From: an uncultured Gemmatimonadales bacterium
Lineage (GTDB): Bacteria; Gemmatimonadota; Gemmatimonadetes; Gemmatimonadales; GWC2-71-9
Reading direction: 5' to 3'
Assembly (NCBI GenBank): GCA_963771275.1
Contig: CAVYSW010000003.1
Span: forward strand, 1,312,001 to 1,376,000
DNA length: 64,000 nucleotides
In this document: positions 1 to 10,023 of the stretch, in pieces
Position numbering within the stretch: position 1 is the first letter of the stretch
Layout: each line of letters starts with the position of its first letter
Notes under the pieces: model-generated
Database searches by the model: none
What the model was told of the DNA's origin: nothing
The model's input: the letters and a program-made list of their open reading frames with translations, nothing else
Made by a program: the position numbers and the translations under genes

Positions 1-695
1 CTGGTCTCGAGCCCGGTCCCGGCCACCTCGCCGTGTCCCTGACGGGCGTGGGCGTCGCCGAAGTAGAAGTAGGCGCCGTCGTGGAAGATCGGCAGGTACA
101 CCGTGGTGCCGGCGCGGACCTCGGGCGCGTCCATGTTGCCGCCGAAGTCGCCGGGCCACAGCCCGCCGAACGCCTCATCGCCGCGCGGCGCCACGGCCAC
201 CCGGCCGAGCATCGGCTGGAGGTCGATCGTGACCTCGCGCATCCGGCTGTCGGGAAGCGTGGTCGTGCCGGTCATCCGCTCGCGGTCGAGCCGCCAGACG
301 TAGCGCCGCGTGGGGATCGGGTCGTTGAGCACGCGCAGCCGGTCGTCGCCCGAGAGCGCGCCGTTTCCCGGGCGTACGCGGGAGGCCGCGGTCTCGTAAT
401 TCGGGCGGAGCGACACGATCTCGACCACGAGCATGTCGCTGGTGGTCGCTCCCTCGACGTAGATCGGCCCGACCTCACCGGGGAAGTCGCCGCCGGCCGC
501 CGTGTAGTAGCCGCCGAAGTTGGTCCGGGAGATCAGCACGGTGTTGGGGCGAATGCGCAGCACCGGCTCGCGCACGGCGAACGTGGGGTAGCCGACGGTG
601 GGGGTGAACCGGACCGTGTCCTGCGCCGCGAGGCGCGGGGCCGGGGTCGCCGCGAGCCAAGCCGCGGCTGGGAGGATCATCAGGGCAATGCGCAT
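1..695 (-). CDS. Acetamidase/formamidase family protein with signal peptide (3' end runs off the window)
   Basis: Hand translation of the minus strand from ATG 695 (AGGAG upstream): MRIALMILPAAAWLAA...GPIYVEGA...PGDFGGNMDAPEV...VYLPIFHDGAYFYFGDAHARQGHGEVAGTGLET. GGNMD and GD.HA.QG.GE are family motifs. Not in the ORF track because it has no stop in the window. Confidence 0.85.
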   Translation of the reverse strand, partial: MRIALMILPAAAWLAATPAPRLAAQDTVRFTPTVGYPTFAVREPVLRIRPNTVLISRTNFGGYYTAAGGDFPGEVGPIYVEGATTSDMLVVEIVSLRPNYETAASRVRPGNGALSGDDRLRVLNDPIPTRRYVWRLDRERMTGTTTLPDSRMREVTIDLQPMLGRVAVAPRGDEAFGGLWPGDFGGNMDAPEVRAGTTVYLPIFHDGAYFYFGDAHARQGHGEVAGTGLET

Positions 696-761
696 GGTCG
701 AGCGTCTCCTGTCGGCGCGGGCGGTTGCCGAGCCGTGCTCACGTCACGTGAGCTCGGCGCG

Positions 762-1022
762 CTAGTGGAGTCCGGAGGCCGGCGCGGCGCCGCGCCCGCG
801 ATCGCTCTCCCGGCGCGTCTCGACGAGCTGGCGCAGCGTGAGCGCGATCTCGAACATCAGCAGCGTCACCGCCCAGCTCAGCACCTGACTCGGGAAGATG
901 TCGACGAACGGAATGCTCCCGCCGAACAGATTGAGGAATTTCTCGATCAGGGCGAGGCCGAAGAGCAGGAAGGCGGTGCCGAGAAAGACGGGCGCGGTGT
1001 AGAGCCCGCTTTGCGTGGTCAT
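762..1022 (-). CDS. Small hypothetical membrane protein (2 TM)
   Basis: 86 aa with two hydrophobic segments; start overlaps the stop of the upstream Fpg/Nei gene. Confidence 0.65.
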   Translation of the reverse strand: MTTQSGLYTAPVFLGTAFLLFGLALIEKFLNLFGGSIPFVDIFPSQVLSWAVTLLMFEIALTLRQLVETRRESDRGRGAAPASGLH

Positions 1023-1987
1023 GGCGGCTCCTGGGTGGGTGGGGTCTTAGTCGCCGGAGAATAGCGCCGAACGGGGGCGGCCGCGACTCCGCCGGCGCAT
1101 CGCGCCTCCAGCTCCTCCGGCGTGCGCGGCCAGTCGTCCCGGAGCAGCCGGGAGAGCGCGCGGTCGGCGAGCAGGCGGCCGCCAGTCTGGCAGCGCGGGC
1201 AGTAGTTCACCTCGTTCTCCGCGTAGCGGATGCGCTGCACCGGCGCGCCGCAGTCGGGGCACGGCTTCTTGTAGCGGCCGTGCACCGCCATCCCGTCCCT
1301 GAACGCCGTCATCTTTTCCGGAAACGCGTCGCCGGCTTCCAGTCGGAGCCGTGCGCTCCAGCGGGTGAGCGTGTCGCGGGTCGCCGCGAACAGGCGCTCG
1401 ATCTCGTCGGCCGCGAGGTTCGACGTGAGCTGCAGCGGGGAGAGCCGCGCGGCGTGGAGGATCTCGTCCGAGTAGGCATTGCCGATTCCGCTGAGCAGCC
1501 GGGGATCGGTGAGGGCCCGCTTCAGCGTGTGGCGCTCGCGGGTGAGCGCGGCGCGAAACGCGGCGAGGTCGGCGTCGAGCGGCTCGAGCCCGCCCGGGTC
1601 GTGGGCGGCGAGGTCTGACTCGCCGTGCACGATGTGGAGCGCGGCGCGCTGCCGCCGGCCCGCTTCGGTGAGCAGCAGGGTGCCGTTGGGGAAGTCGAAC
1701 GCGGCGAGGCCGGTGCGGCGGGGGAGTGGGGTGCCGGCCGGCTTCCACCGCAGGCGGCCGGCGATCATGAGGTGGAGCACGGCGTAGTAGTCCCCGTCGA
1801 GCTCGAGCACGATCCGCTTGCCGAGCCGACGCGTGCCGCGGACCACGCGGCCCGCCAAGGCCGTGACGGGTGGATCGACCGTTCGCAGCACGAATGGGCT
1901 CGCGATCCGCACGCCGCCGAGCGGCCGGCCGACGACCCGGGCCGTCAGCGCCGCGCGGTACAACTCGATGTCGGGGAGCTCGGGCAT
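1019..1987 (-). CDS. Fpg/Nei family DNA glycosylase/AP lyase
   Basis: N-terminal MPELPD, HLMIAG, H2TH motif GIGNAYSDEIL, C-terminal zinc finger CPDC...CPRC. Confidence 0.92.
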   Translation of the reverse strand: MPELPDIELYRAALTARVVGRPLGGVRIASPFVLRTVDPPVTALAGRVVRGTRRLGKRIVLELDGDYYAVLHLMIAGRLRWKPAGTPLPRRTGLAAFDFPNGTLLLTEAGRRQRAALHIVHGESDLAAHDPGGLEPLDADLAAFRAALTRERHTLKRALTDPRLLSGIGNAYSDEILHAARLSPLQLTSNLAADEIERLFAATRDTLTRWSARLRLEAGDAFPEKMTAFRDGMAVHGRYKKPCPDCGAPVQRIRYAENEVNYCPRCQTGGRLLADRALSRLLRDDWPRTPEELEARCAGGVAAAPVRRYSPATKTPPTQEPP

Positions 1988-2116
1988 GCGGGGTGACCTC
2001 CGTGGGCGGAATCTATCCGGCGGGAATGGCCGCCGCCGCCGCCCCGCGGCGGATGCTTCATGCGGCGTTGGGGCTCACGCTGCATATTGATGGGCGTCCA
2101 AATCTCGGAATGGGCC

Positions 2117-3610
2117 ATGCCGTCAGCCGGTCTCTCCCGCCGCCAGTTCGTGATCGCCGCCGGTGCCGCGCTCCCCGGCGTTCGCCTGTCATCCCTGCTG
2201 CGGGACCCGTACGCGCGGCACCCGCTCGTGTCGTCGTCGGCACCGCTCAGGATTCGCGGCCGGGTGCGAGCCGGCGGCCGCGGGCTCGCGCGCGTGGGGG
2301 TGACGGACGGCCTCGAGACGGTTCTCACGGCGGCCGACGGCTCGTTCGAGCTGGTCACCACGGCCGACCGGCCGTTCGTGTCGGTCTCGCTGCCGGCGGG
2401 ATACCGCATCCCGCTGAACCCGACGGGCACGGCGCGCCCCTACCGGCCGATTCCGGCGGGGGTGGGGCGGGAGATGAGCGCCGTGTTCGACCTCGAGCCG
2501 CTGCCCCACGGGGACGAGCGCCATACGTGCCTGCTGCTGCCGGACCCGCAAACGGAGACGCTGGAGGAGACGCGGTGGCTCCAGGAGCAGACGGTGCCCG
2601 ACGTGCGGCGGACGGTCGCCGCGCTCGGCGACCAGGAAGTGTTCGGCGTCGCCTGCGGGGACCTCATGTTCGACCATCTGGAGCTGCTGCCGGAGTACGA
2701 GAAAGCGGTCGCGGCGATGGCGGTGCCGTTCTTCCAGGTGATCGGCAACCACGACATGGACTACACGGCGAGCGGGGACGCTCACGCCAGCGACACGTTC
2801 AGCCGGCACTTCGGACCGCGGTATTACTCGTTCGACCGCGGGGCGGTGCACTACGTGGTGCTGGACGACGTGTTCTGGCACGGGTCGGGGTACATCGGCT
2901 ATCTCGACGACGAGCAGCTCACGTGGCTCGCGGGCGATCTCGCCCGCAGCGAGCCGGGGCGCACGGTGATCGTGATGCTGCACATCCCGGTGCTGGGCGG
3001 CGGCCACGTGCGGATCGGCCGGCGCAGCCCCGAGGTCGGCATGGCGGTGATGAACCGCGAGGCGCTCTACCGGCTGCTCGAGCCGTACCGGGCGCACGTG
3101 CTCGCCGGCCATACGCACGAGAGCGAGCACGGCTTCACCCACGGCGTGCACGAGCACGTGAGCGGCACCGTGTGTGGTGCCTGGTGGAGCGGCCCGATCT
3201 GCGGCGACGGGACGCCGTCCGGCTACAGCGTGTACGAGATCGACGGCGAGTCGGTCTCGTGGTATTACCAGGCCACGGGGCAGGAGGCGACGCACCAGCT
3301 GCGGGTGTATCCGCGCGGCGCCGATGTGGCGGCGCCCGACGAGATCGTGGCGAACGTGTGGAACTGGGACCCCGAGTGGACGGTCGTGTGGTACGAGGGC
3401 GGCGAGCGGCGGGGCGCGATGGCGCAGCGGCGGGGGCGGGACCCGCTGAGCGTGAAGCTCCACACGGGGCCCGACCTCCCGCCGCGGCGGCCGTGGGTGG
3501 AGCCGTACGTCACCGACCACCTGTTCTACGCGCCCGTGGCGCCCGACGTGCGTGACGTCCGCGTGCAGGTGGTGGACCGGTTCAACCGGGTGTTCGACGC
3601 GGTGCTCTGA
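2117..3610 (+). CDS. Tat-exported calcineurin-like metallophosphoesterase
   Basis: SRRQF twin-arginine signal after ATG 2117; DPQ, GDL, GNHD, HIP and GHTH metallophosphoesterase motifs; C-terminal GAWW...DGTP.GY. Confidence 0.9.
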   Translation: MPSAGLSRRQFVIAAGAALPGVRLSSLLRDPYARHPLVSSSAPLRIRGRVRAGGRGLARVGVTDGLETVLTAADGSFELVTTADRPFVSVSLPAGYRIPLNPTGTARPYRPIPAGVGREMSAVFDLEPLPHGDERHTCLLLPDPQTETLEETRWLQEQTVPDVRRTVAALGDQEVFGVACGDLMFDHLELLPEYEKAVAAMAVPFFQVIGNHDMDYTASGDAHASDTFSRHFGPRYYSFDRGAVHYVVLDDVFWHGSGYIGYLDDEQLTWLAGDLARSEPGRTVIVMLHIPVLGGGHVRIGRRSPEVGMAVMNREALYRLLEPYRAHVLAGHTHESEHGFTHGVHEHVSGTVCGAWWSGPICGDGTPSGYSVYEIDGESVSWYYQATGQEATHQLRVYPRGADVAAPDEIVANVWNWDPEWTVVWYEGGERRGAMAQRRGRDPLSVKLHTGPDLPPRRPWVEPYVTDHLFYAPVAPDVRDVRVQVVDRFNRVFDAVL

Positions 3611-3755
3611 GCGATCGGACGCTCGCGTCCCGGCCCGCTGCGGGATTCCCGGCGGGCGGTCGCGGGCGTCTCATTGGTGACGGCGGTCACATGACATCCT
3701 GCGCTCGCGCCGCGCTACAGGGTACAAGTGGAGGACTCGACGCGGGTGCACCTTC

Positions 3756-5153
3756 ATGGAGGGTTGGCGACTGAGGCACGCTGCTCTGCGTTCGGCAACG
3801 GTGCAATACCTGGTGCGGCTCGCCGCGCTGACCGCGGCCTACTTCGTCGCGGGGATACTCGGCGCGGGGCTAGCCTTCCTCCCGTCGGGCACGAGCCCCG
3901 CCTGGCCGGCGGCCGGGATCGCCCTCGCGGCCCTGGTGCTGCTCGGGGTTCGCCTCTGGCCGGCCGTTCTGATCGGCGCCTTCTTCGCCAGCCTGGTGAC
4001 GGTCGGCGCGGTGGCGGTGTCGAGCGGCATCGCGATCGCCAACACCATCGAAGCCGTGCTGGGCGCGTATCTGATGTTCAGGTGGGTCGGAGGCCCCGGG
4101 GCGTTCGGCCGGGCCCAGCGGACCTTCAAGTTCACGGTGCTCGCCGCAGGAGTCAGCACGATCGGCGCCACGCTGGGGGCCACGACCCTGGCGCTCGGCG
4201 ACCTGGTGCCGTGGACGGCGTTCGGCTCCGTCTGGATCACCCGGTGGCTGGGCCACTTCAGCGGCGACTTGGTGGCCGGGGCCGTCATCCTGCTATGGGC
4301 CACGAATCCGATGACCCGGTGGAGCCTTGGCCAGACGGCGGAGGGAGCCGGTGTGTTTGTCGCCCTCGTCCTCGCGGGCCTTTTCGTGTTCGGCCCCCTC
4401 TCCCCGGCGGCAGCGCTGCGATACCCGCTCGAGTTTCTCTGCCTCCCGCCGCTCCTCTGGGCGGCCTTTCGGCTCGGACCTCGTGAGGCCGCGACCGCCG
4501 TGCTGCTGCTGTCCGCGATTGCCACCCGGGGCACGCTGATCGGCCTCGGCCCGTTCGCGCGGGACACCCCCAGGGAATCGTTGCTGCTGCTCCAGGCCTT
4601 CACATGCGTCGCCGCGGCCATGACGCTGATCGCGGCCGCCGTCGTCCGGGAGCGCCGGTACGTCGAGGAGCAGCTACGCACGCTGTCGGTGAGCGACCCG
4701 CTGACCGGGCTGGCCAACCATCGGCGCCTGGTGGCCGTGCTGGAGAACGAGGTCGAACGCTCCAAGCGCACGGGGCAGCCGTTCGCGCTGCTGTTTCTCG
4801 ATCTCGACGAGCTGAAGGCGATCAACGACCGGCACGGGCATCTGGTCGGCAGCCGCGCTTTGTGCAGACTGGCCGACGTCCTCCGCGCCACATGCCGCGT
4901 GGTGGACACGGCGGCGCGCTACGGCGGCGACGAGTTCGCGGTCGTGCTGCCCGAGACCAACGCGGCGGCGGCCCAGGAGGTGGCACGGCGCGCGGCCGAG
5001 CGGCTCGCGCTGGATGCCGAGCAGCCTCCGCTCACGGCCAGCATGGGCGTGGCAGTCTACCCGCACGACGGGCAGTCGGCGGAAGGGCTGATCGGGACCG
5101 CCGACCGGATGCTGTACGGCATGAAGCGCGCGCGGCTGGAGGATGCGCGCTGA
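3756..5153 (+). CDS. MASE1-domain diguanylate cyclase
   Basis: Multi-TM N-terminus with WPAAG (MASE1); DPLTGLAN, INDRHGH and RYGGDEF motifs. Confidence 0.9.
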   Translation: MEGWRLRHAALRSATVQYLVRLAALTAAYFVAGILGAGLAFLPSGTSPAWPAAGIALAALVLLGVRLWPAVLIGAFFASLVTVGAVAVSSGIAIANTIEAVLGAYLMFRWVGGPGAFGRAQRTFKFTVLAAGVSTIGATLGATTLALGDLVPWTAFGSVWITRWLGHFSGDLVAGAVILLWATNPMTRWSLGQTAEGAGVFVALVLAGLFVFGPLSPAAALRYPLEFLCLPPLLWAAFRLGPREAATAVLLLSAIATRGTLIGLGPFARDTPRESLLLLQAFTCVAAAMTLIAAAVVRERRYVEEQLRTLSVSDPLTGLANHRRLVAVLENEVERSKRTGQPFALLFLDLDELKAINDRHGHLVGSRALCRLADVLRATCRVVDTAARYGGDEFAVVLPETNAAAAQEVARRAAERLALDAEQPPLTASMGVAVYPHDGQSAEGLIGTADRMLYGMKRARLEDAR

Positions 5154-5198
5154 GGGCGGCCATCCGTCACGCCCTCCGGGGCCGGCAGAGCCCCGGGG

Positions 5199-8054
5199 CT
5201 ACGGTGCTCCGGTCTTGGCGTCCTTCTTCCGGGCCTGTTCCTGGTCGAGGTAGCTCACGCCCTTGGTGATCCAGTCGGGCGCGGGCTCTCCTTTGAGATA
5301 ATGGGCGAACCACTCGAGGATGCGGTTGTGGTAGTCGATCTGGTTCGCCTTCTTCGCGTTGCTGTGGTTTTCGCCCTCGTACACGAGGAACACGAAGTCC
5401 TTGCCCGCGCGGCGCGCGGCGTTGTAGTACTCGACCCCCTGGTTGAAGTCCACGGCGCCGTCTTCCGTGCCCTGCGCCACGAGCAACGGTGTGTGCAGCC
5501 GCTCCACGTGGAACACGGGTGAGTTGGCGATGTAGGCGTCGATGTCGTCCCAGAACGGCACCGCCATGCGCCCCTGGCTGATCTCGAAGATCCGGGCGTC
5601 GGTGCCGCCACTGTTCCAGTAGACCGAGAGGTACATGCTCACGAGGTCGGTGAGCGGCGCGCCCGCCACCGCCGCGGCGAAGATGTCGGTCTGGGTCACG
5701 ACGAACGCGGTCTGATAGCCGCCCCACGAGTGCCCGGTGAGCCCGACCTGCTTCGGGTCCACCATGCCGGTTTCGAGCACCCGCTTCACCGCGGGGACGA
5801 TCGCGGCCACCGCCGACCGGCCGGGATCGCGGTCGCGGTAGACGATGTCGGGCTGGAGCACGAAGTAGCCCTGGCTGGTCCAGACGGTGGGGTCGTACGC
5901 CGCGCGGCTCGACGGCACCACGTACTGATGGACCGAGGGTGAGCGGATCTCGTAGATGTAGACGATCATCGGGTAGCGCTTGCCCGGCTCGTAGTCCGCC
6001 GGATAGAACAGGGCGCCCTGGAGCCGCTCGCCCCAATCGTTGCGATACTCGATCAGCTCGGAGCGGCCCCAGCGGTACTCGCGCTGGAACGGGTTGGTGT
6101 GGCTCACTTGCCGCGCGCTCGCCAGGGTCGGGCCGGCAACGAAGAAGTTGGGCGAGCGGTCGAAGTCCTGCGCGACGTAGAGGTAGACCTCGGCGTCTCT
6201 GGCCTTGCTGAGCCGGCCGATGCTCGCGTCCTCCCACACCAGCCGCTCGACCTTGCCGCCCGCGAGCCGGCTGTAGCCGCTCCGCTTGCTCCAGTCGCCG
6301 GTGGTGCTGAGGTAGACCGGCTTCGCCAGGTCGACGTACTTCTCGTCGGGATCGAGCCGCACGCGCCGATAGCGGGTCGAGTCGGTCATGCCAACCGTGA
6401 GGCGCCTCGTTCCGGAGCTGTCGGGGCGGGCTTCCCAGACGTCGTACTCGTCGTACAGCAGCACGCTGCGATCGTCCTTCGTCCAGCCACCCGTCCCGAA
6501 CGGCGGCTTCTGCTCCACCGGATGGTCATCCTTGACGTTGACGAACGTGGTGGCGAGGCCGGCCGTGACGTTGGTGTGCTTCCCGGTGGCGAGGTCGTAC
6601 GTCCAGTAGTGGTCCTTCATCAGGTACAGCAGGTACCGGCCCGCCGAGCTGGGGCCGTAGGTGTACTGCACCTTCTGCATGATGAGCGTGGCATCGCCCG
6701 TGGCCACGTCGATGCGGTAGAGGTCCTGATAGTCGGGCCCGAACATACCGTCCCGCTCGTAGGGCGTCCGGTCCGTACCGATCGCCCAGCGATCGCCCTT
6801 GGCGAGCGTGACGTCCTCGGTGAGCTCGGTGCCGAGCCGCACGAATCGCGCGTCGTCCAGATGCCAGGCGATCAGGTGATTCCGCCGCCGATCCTGGTTG
6901 GCCCGGACTTTCTGCTCCGGGTAGATGTCCACGTCCTTCGCGTTCCAGATCTGCACGGTGCTCGGCTCGTCCGGCTCGTCGGCCGCCGGCTTGCGGTCGG
7001 CTCGGGCCCCGGCGGTGTCGCGCGGCGCCTTGGCCGTGTCGCGGGCCGCGGTGGAGTCCTTCGTCGCCGTCGAGTCCTTCGCCTCCTGTTTCGCCCTCTC
7101 GCGCTCCTTGATGCCGAAGTAGAGGGTGCGCGCGTCGTCGGACCAGCGGATGCCGGCGTAGGTCACCACGCGCATGTCGGCCGGGAAGCCCGGGGTGGAG
7201 TCGGGGTCGAACGCGAACGCCGCCTGGCGGTTGCCGGCCACGTCGCGCCAGGCGAGCACCACGTAGGTCGAGTCCTTGTAGCGCTTGTCGTCGGCGCGGA
7301 GGCGCATCACCGCGAGGTCGTCGTCGTCCTCACGCCACGTGAGACCCTCGTAGCGCGCGTTCTTCGACTCGAGCAACCGCAGCCGGCCGGACCCGGGATC
7401 GAACAGCTCGACGCCGTTGCCCGCCTGCCCCTCGGCGTCGATCAGCATCGCGACCAACCCGCCCTTCGGCTGCCAGGCGTATTCCGCGACGTTGCCGAAA
7501 TTGGTCTCGCTGCCGGCGGCGAGGTCGCGCACGACGAGGTCCACGCCGCGCTGCTTGCGACTCCCGGCCCCTTCGGGGGCGTAGCGCCGCATGGTGAGGT
7601 AGCGGCTGTCGTCGGAGAAGGTGAAGCCGGCGACGTCGGCGACGCTGAGCGTGTCGCCGGTGACGAGGTTCCTCAGCCCAAGCCGCATGTGGATCGGCTT
7701 CTTCTCCTTCTCCAGCCGCGCGCGCTCCTTGGCGCTCACGCCGATCGCGTACGCCAGCCAGCGTCCGTCCCGGGAGAACCGCGGGCTCTGCGCGTACGGC
7801 ACGACGAGCGTGGTGTCGCGGTCGAGTGGCGTGATGCGGAGCTCGTTCTCCTCGTTCACCCGATCGACCGGGTATGCGAGCCACCTGCCGTCGGGCGAGA
7901 TCTGGCTGGCGAACGCGAGCGATTCCCACTTGCCGTAGTCGGCGGGCGTGAGGGATCGCCTGGCGGTGTCCTGGGCGGCGAGGTCGGAGACGCCGAGCAG
8001 AATGGCGCCGGCGAGCACGAGGGTGAGCAGGCGCGGTGTGGACCGGACCGACAT
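5199..8054 (-). CDS. Secreted S9 family (prolyl oligopeptidase-like) peptidase
   Basis: Signal peptide after ATG 8054 (MSVRST..., GGAG RBS); beta-propeller region; GHSWGG nucleophile, GTEDGAV Asp and GENH His. Confidence 0.9.
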   Translation of the reverse strand: MSVRSTPRLLTLVLAGAILLGVSDLAAQDTARRSLTPADYGKWESLAFASQISPDGRWLAYPVDRVNEENELRITPLDRDTTLVVPYAQSPRFSRDGRWLAYAIGVSAKERARLEKEKKPIHMRLGLRNLVTGDTLSVADVAGFTFSDDSRYLTMRRYAPEGAGSRKQRGVDLVVRDLAAGSETNFGNVAEYAWQPKGGLVAMLIDAEGQAGNGVELFDPGSGRLRLLESKNARYEGLTWREDDDDLAVMRLRADDKRYKDSTYVVLAWRDVAGNRQAAFAFDPDSTPGFPADMRVVTYAGIRWSDDARTLYFGIKERERAKQEAKDSTATKDSTAARDTAKAPRDTAGARADRKPAADEPDEPSTVQIWNAKDVDIYPEQKVRANQDRRRNHLIAWHLDDARFVRLGTELTEDVTLAKGDRWAIGTDRTPYERDGMFGPDYQDLYRIDVATGDATLIMQKVQYTYGPSSAGRYLLYLMKDHYWTYDLATGKHTNVTAGLATTFVNVKDDHPVEQKPPFGTGGWTKDDRSVLLYDEYDVWEARPDSSGTRRLTVGMTDSTRYRRVRLDPDEKYVDLAKPVYLSTTGDWSKRSGYSRLAGGKVERLVWEDASIGRLSKARDAEVYLYVAQDFDRSPNFFVAGPTLASARQVSHTNPFQREYRWGRSELIEYRNDWGERLQGALFYPADYEPGKRYPMIVYIYEIRSPSVHQYVVPSSRAAYDPTVWTSQGYFVLQPDIVYRDRDPGRSAVAAIVPAVKRVLETGMVDPKQVGLTGHSWGGYQTAFVVTQTDIFAAAVAGAPLTDLVSMYLSVYWNSGGTDARIFEISQGRMAVPFWDDIDAYIANSPVFHVERLHTPLLVAQGTEDGAVDFNQGVEYYNAARRAGKDFVFLVYEGENHSNAKKANQIDYHNRILEWFAHYLKGEPAPDWITKGVSYLDQEQARKKDAKTGAP

Positions 8055-8129
8055 GAACTCCTCCAGGAAGGACGTATGGTCGAAACGATTCGGGTAAGGT
8101 ACTGCGGCGCGGCGCGGCGCGGCGGGGCG

Positions 8130-8155
8130 AGCGGGGCGGCCGGGGCCGCCCCGCT
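8130..8155. terminator. GC-rich hairpin between the egtB-like and S9 peptidase genes
   Basis: AGCGGGGCGGC-cggg-GCCGCCCCGCT is a perfect 11-bp stem; no clear U tract. Confidence 0.35.
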
Positions 8156-8171
8156 GAGCGGGCACTGCGGA

Positions 8172-9440
8172 TCAGACGGGTCGCACGCAGCGGAACTTGG
8201 CAAACACATAGGGATAGTGCGGCTGGAACCAGTTGCGGAACGTGCGCCGCACCAGCGCGCGATCGGTCGCCCAGGACGCGCCGAGGATCACGTAGTGCTC
8301 GTCGTCGAAGAAGTCGGCGGAGTAGCCCGGGTAGGTGCGCGCCCACGGCGTGAACCCGGGGAACGGCGCGAACACGCTGCGGGTCCACTCCCAGCCGTTC
8401 CCCACGAGGTCCCGCACGCCGTGCCGGCTCGCGCCCCGCGCGTTGCGGCCGGCGGGCTCCGGCGCCCATTGCTGGAAATGGTAGTTGCCGGTGGCCGGGT
8501 CGCCCCAGCGCACGCCCTCCGCGGCGCGATGGAACTGCGCCTCGGTCGGGAGCGTCGCGTCCTGCCAGCGCGCATAGGCGTCCGCCTCCGCCCAGCTCAC
8601 GTAGACCGGCCAGTCGCGTACCGCGTCGAGCGGCAGCTCGTCGAACAGCGTGAGTTAACGCCATTGGCCGTCAGTCCGCCGCCAGAACACGGGATGGCGG
8701 TGCGCGGCTCGTTGGCGCCAGGCCCAGCCCTCGGGCGTCCACAGGTCGGCCTGCTCGTAGCCACCCGCCTCGAGAAAGGCGAGCCATTCGCCGTTCCGCA
8801 CCGGCGTCGTGTCGATGGTGAACGGCGCGACGTCCTCCTCGGCACCGGGGAACTCGTTGTCCCAACCGAACGGCACCGCGTCGAACGCCGTGCCGAGCCG
8901 CACCCGCCCGCCGGGCACCGCCACGTGGCCGGGCGCCGCGGCGCCCTGGAAGTGGTACGCGGGCAGATCGTCGGGCCTGCGGAGATGCCGCCGATCGAGC
9001 TGCTGCATCATGTACAGCAGGGTCTCGTGATGCATCACCTCGTGCTCGAGCACGAGGTGGTACACGCGCCCGTGATCGGCCAGCGGATCGTGGCCGACGA
9101 GGCGCTCGACGTCGCCGAACGAGGCGCGCAGCGCCGCGCGCACGCGATCGCGGTAGGCGAGCGTCTCGGCCACCCCGGGCCACTGCTCCGCGCCCCGGTA
9201 GTGGTCGACCCCGACGGGATCGATGCCCCGCGCGAACAGGCGATCGAGCCCGGGCTGGGGGCCCTCCCGCTCGAGCAGCCCGCCGATCGCCTGATTCCAG
9301 CCGAAGGCCGGCAGGTGGCCGACGTAGAAGATGAACGGCTGGCGCAGCGCGATCGGCCGCTCATACAGGGCCGCGGGATCGAGCAGCGCGAACAGGCGAT
9401 CCGACCGGCGCCAGGCGGCCTCGAGCCGCGCGAGCAGTGT
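8172..9440 (-). pseudogene. EgtB/OvoA-like non-heme iron sulfoxide synthase (DinB + FGE-sulfatase domains) with an internal TAA
   Basis: One continuous frame: RQPFIFYVGHLPAF, HEVMHHE (HX3HXE iron motif), FGWDNE, GNGWEWT, RNWFQPHYPYVFAKFRC. In-frame TAA at 8655-8657; no ATG/GTG/TTG at the expected N-terminus. Confidence 0.8.
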
Positions 9441-9452
9441 GGACCGGTGGGC

Positions 9453-9488
9453 TTGACCGGGCGATAGTGTGTTACTACGTTAGTAACA
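9453..9488 (+). promoter_or_regulatory. Sigma70-like promoter overlapped by an Rrf2-type operator palindrome
   Basis: TTGACC (9453-9458), 17 nt spacer, TACGTT (9476-9481); palindrome TGTTACTA-cgt-TAGTAACA at 9470-9488, just before ATG 9491. Confidence 0.65.
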
Positions 9489-9490
9489 TT

Positions 9491-9958
9491 ATGACGAGCA
9501 GCCGGTTCGTGGTGGCGGTGCACATGCTCACCCTGCTGGAGCGCGAGCAGGGGCGGCCGGTGACCTCGGCGTACATCGCCGTGAGCGTGCATACCAATCC
9601 GGGGGTGGTGCGGCGGCTGCTTGCGCAGCTCGGCCGGGCCGGGCTGGTGAAGGCGCGGCTCGGGGCCGGGGGCGGCACGGTGCTGGCCAGGCCGGCGGGC
9701 CGGATTCGCCTCCTCGAGGTGTACCGCGCCGTCGAATCCGGCGGGCTGTTCGCGATGCACCGCTCGCCGCCGGACCAGCGCTGCCCGGTGGGCCGGCATA
9801 TCCAGGCGACGCTCACCCAGGTGATCGGCCGGGCGGAGCGGGCGCTCGAGCGCGAGCTCGGCGACGTCACGCTGGCCGAGGTGGCGCGCTCGGTCGCGGC
9901 GCGCGCGCGCCGGCTCGCGGCGACGGCGGTGGAAGCGGGGGCCCCGGCGCGGGTGTAG
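9491..9958 (+). CDS. Rrf2 family transcriptional regulator (YwnA/HypR-like)
   Basis: SSRFVVAVHML, TSAYIAVSVHTNPGVVRR, GAGGG..LARP, C-terminal CPVG; lacks the IscR three-Cys motif. Confidence 0.9.
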   Translation: MTSSRFVVAVHMLTLLEREQGRPVTSAYIAVSVHTNPGVVRRLLAQLGRAGLVKARLGAGGGTVLARPAGRIRLLEVYRAVESGGLFAMHRSPPDQRCPVGRHIQATLTQVIGRAERALERELGDVTLAEVARSVAARARRLAATAVEAGAPARV

Positions 9959-9978
9959 GAACTTTTTTTCGGCTGAAG

Positions 9979-9997
9979 TGTTACTGTGATGGTAACA
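9979..9997. promoter_or_regulatory. Second copy of the Rrf2-type operator, upstream of yceI
   Basis: TGTTACTGTGATGGTAACA has the same TGTTAC-N7-GTAACA layout as 9470-9488. Confidence 0.6.
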
Positions 9998-10023
9998 GAT
10001 AAACGCGGCATCTCTCGGAGGCT

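Noticed and set aside
8655..8657. Selenocysteine or pyrrolysine recoding in the egtB-like gene
   Set aside because: The stop is TAA, not TGA or TAG.
6099..9467. 1122-aa plus-strand ORF and many other long antisense ORFs (e.g. 33-1064, 26717-29011, 32132-34456, 58494-60881)
   Set aside because: Shadow ORFs of high-GC genes: Arg/Ala/Gly-rich, no motifs, and opposite well-supported genes.
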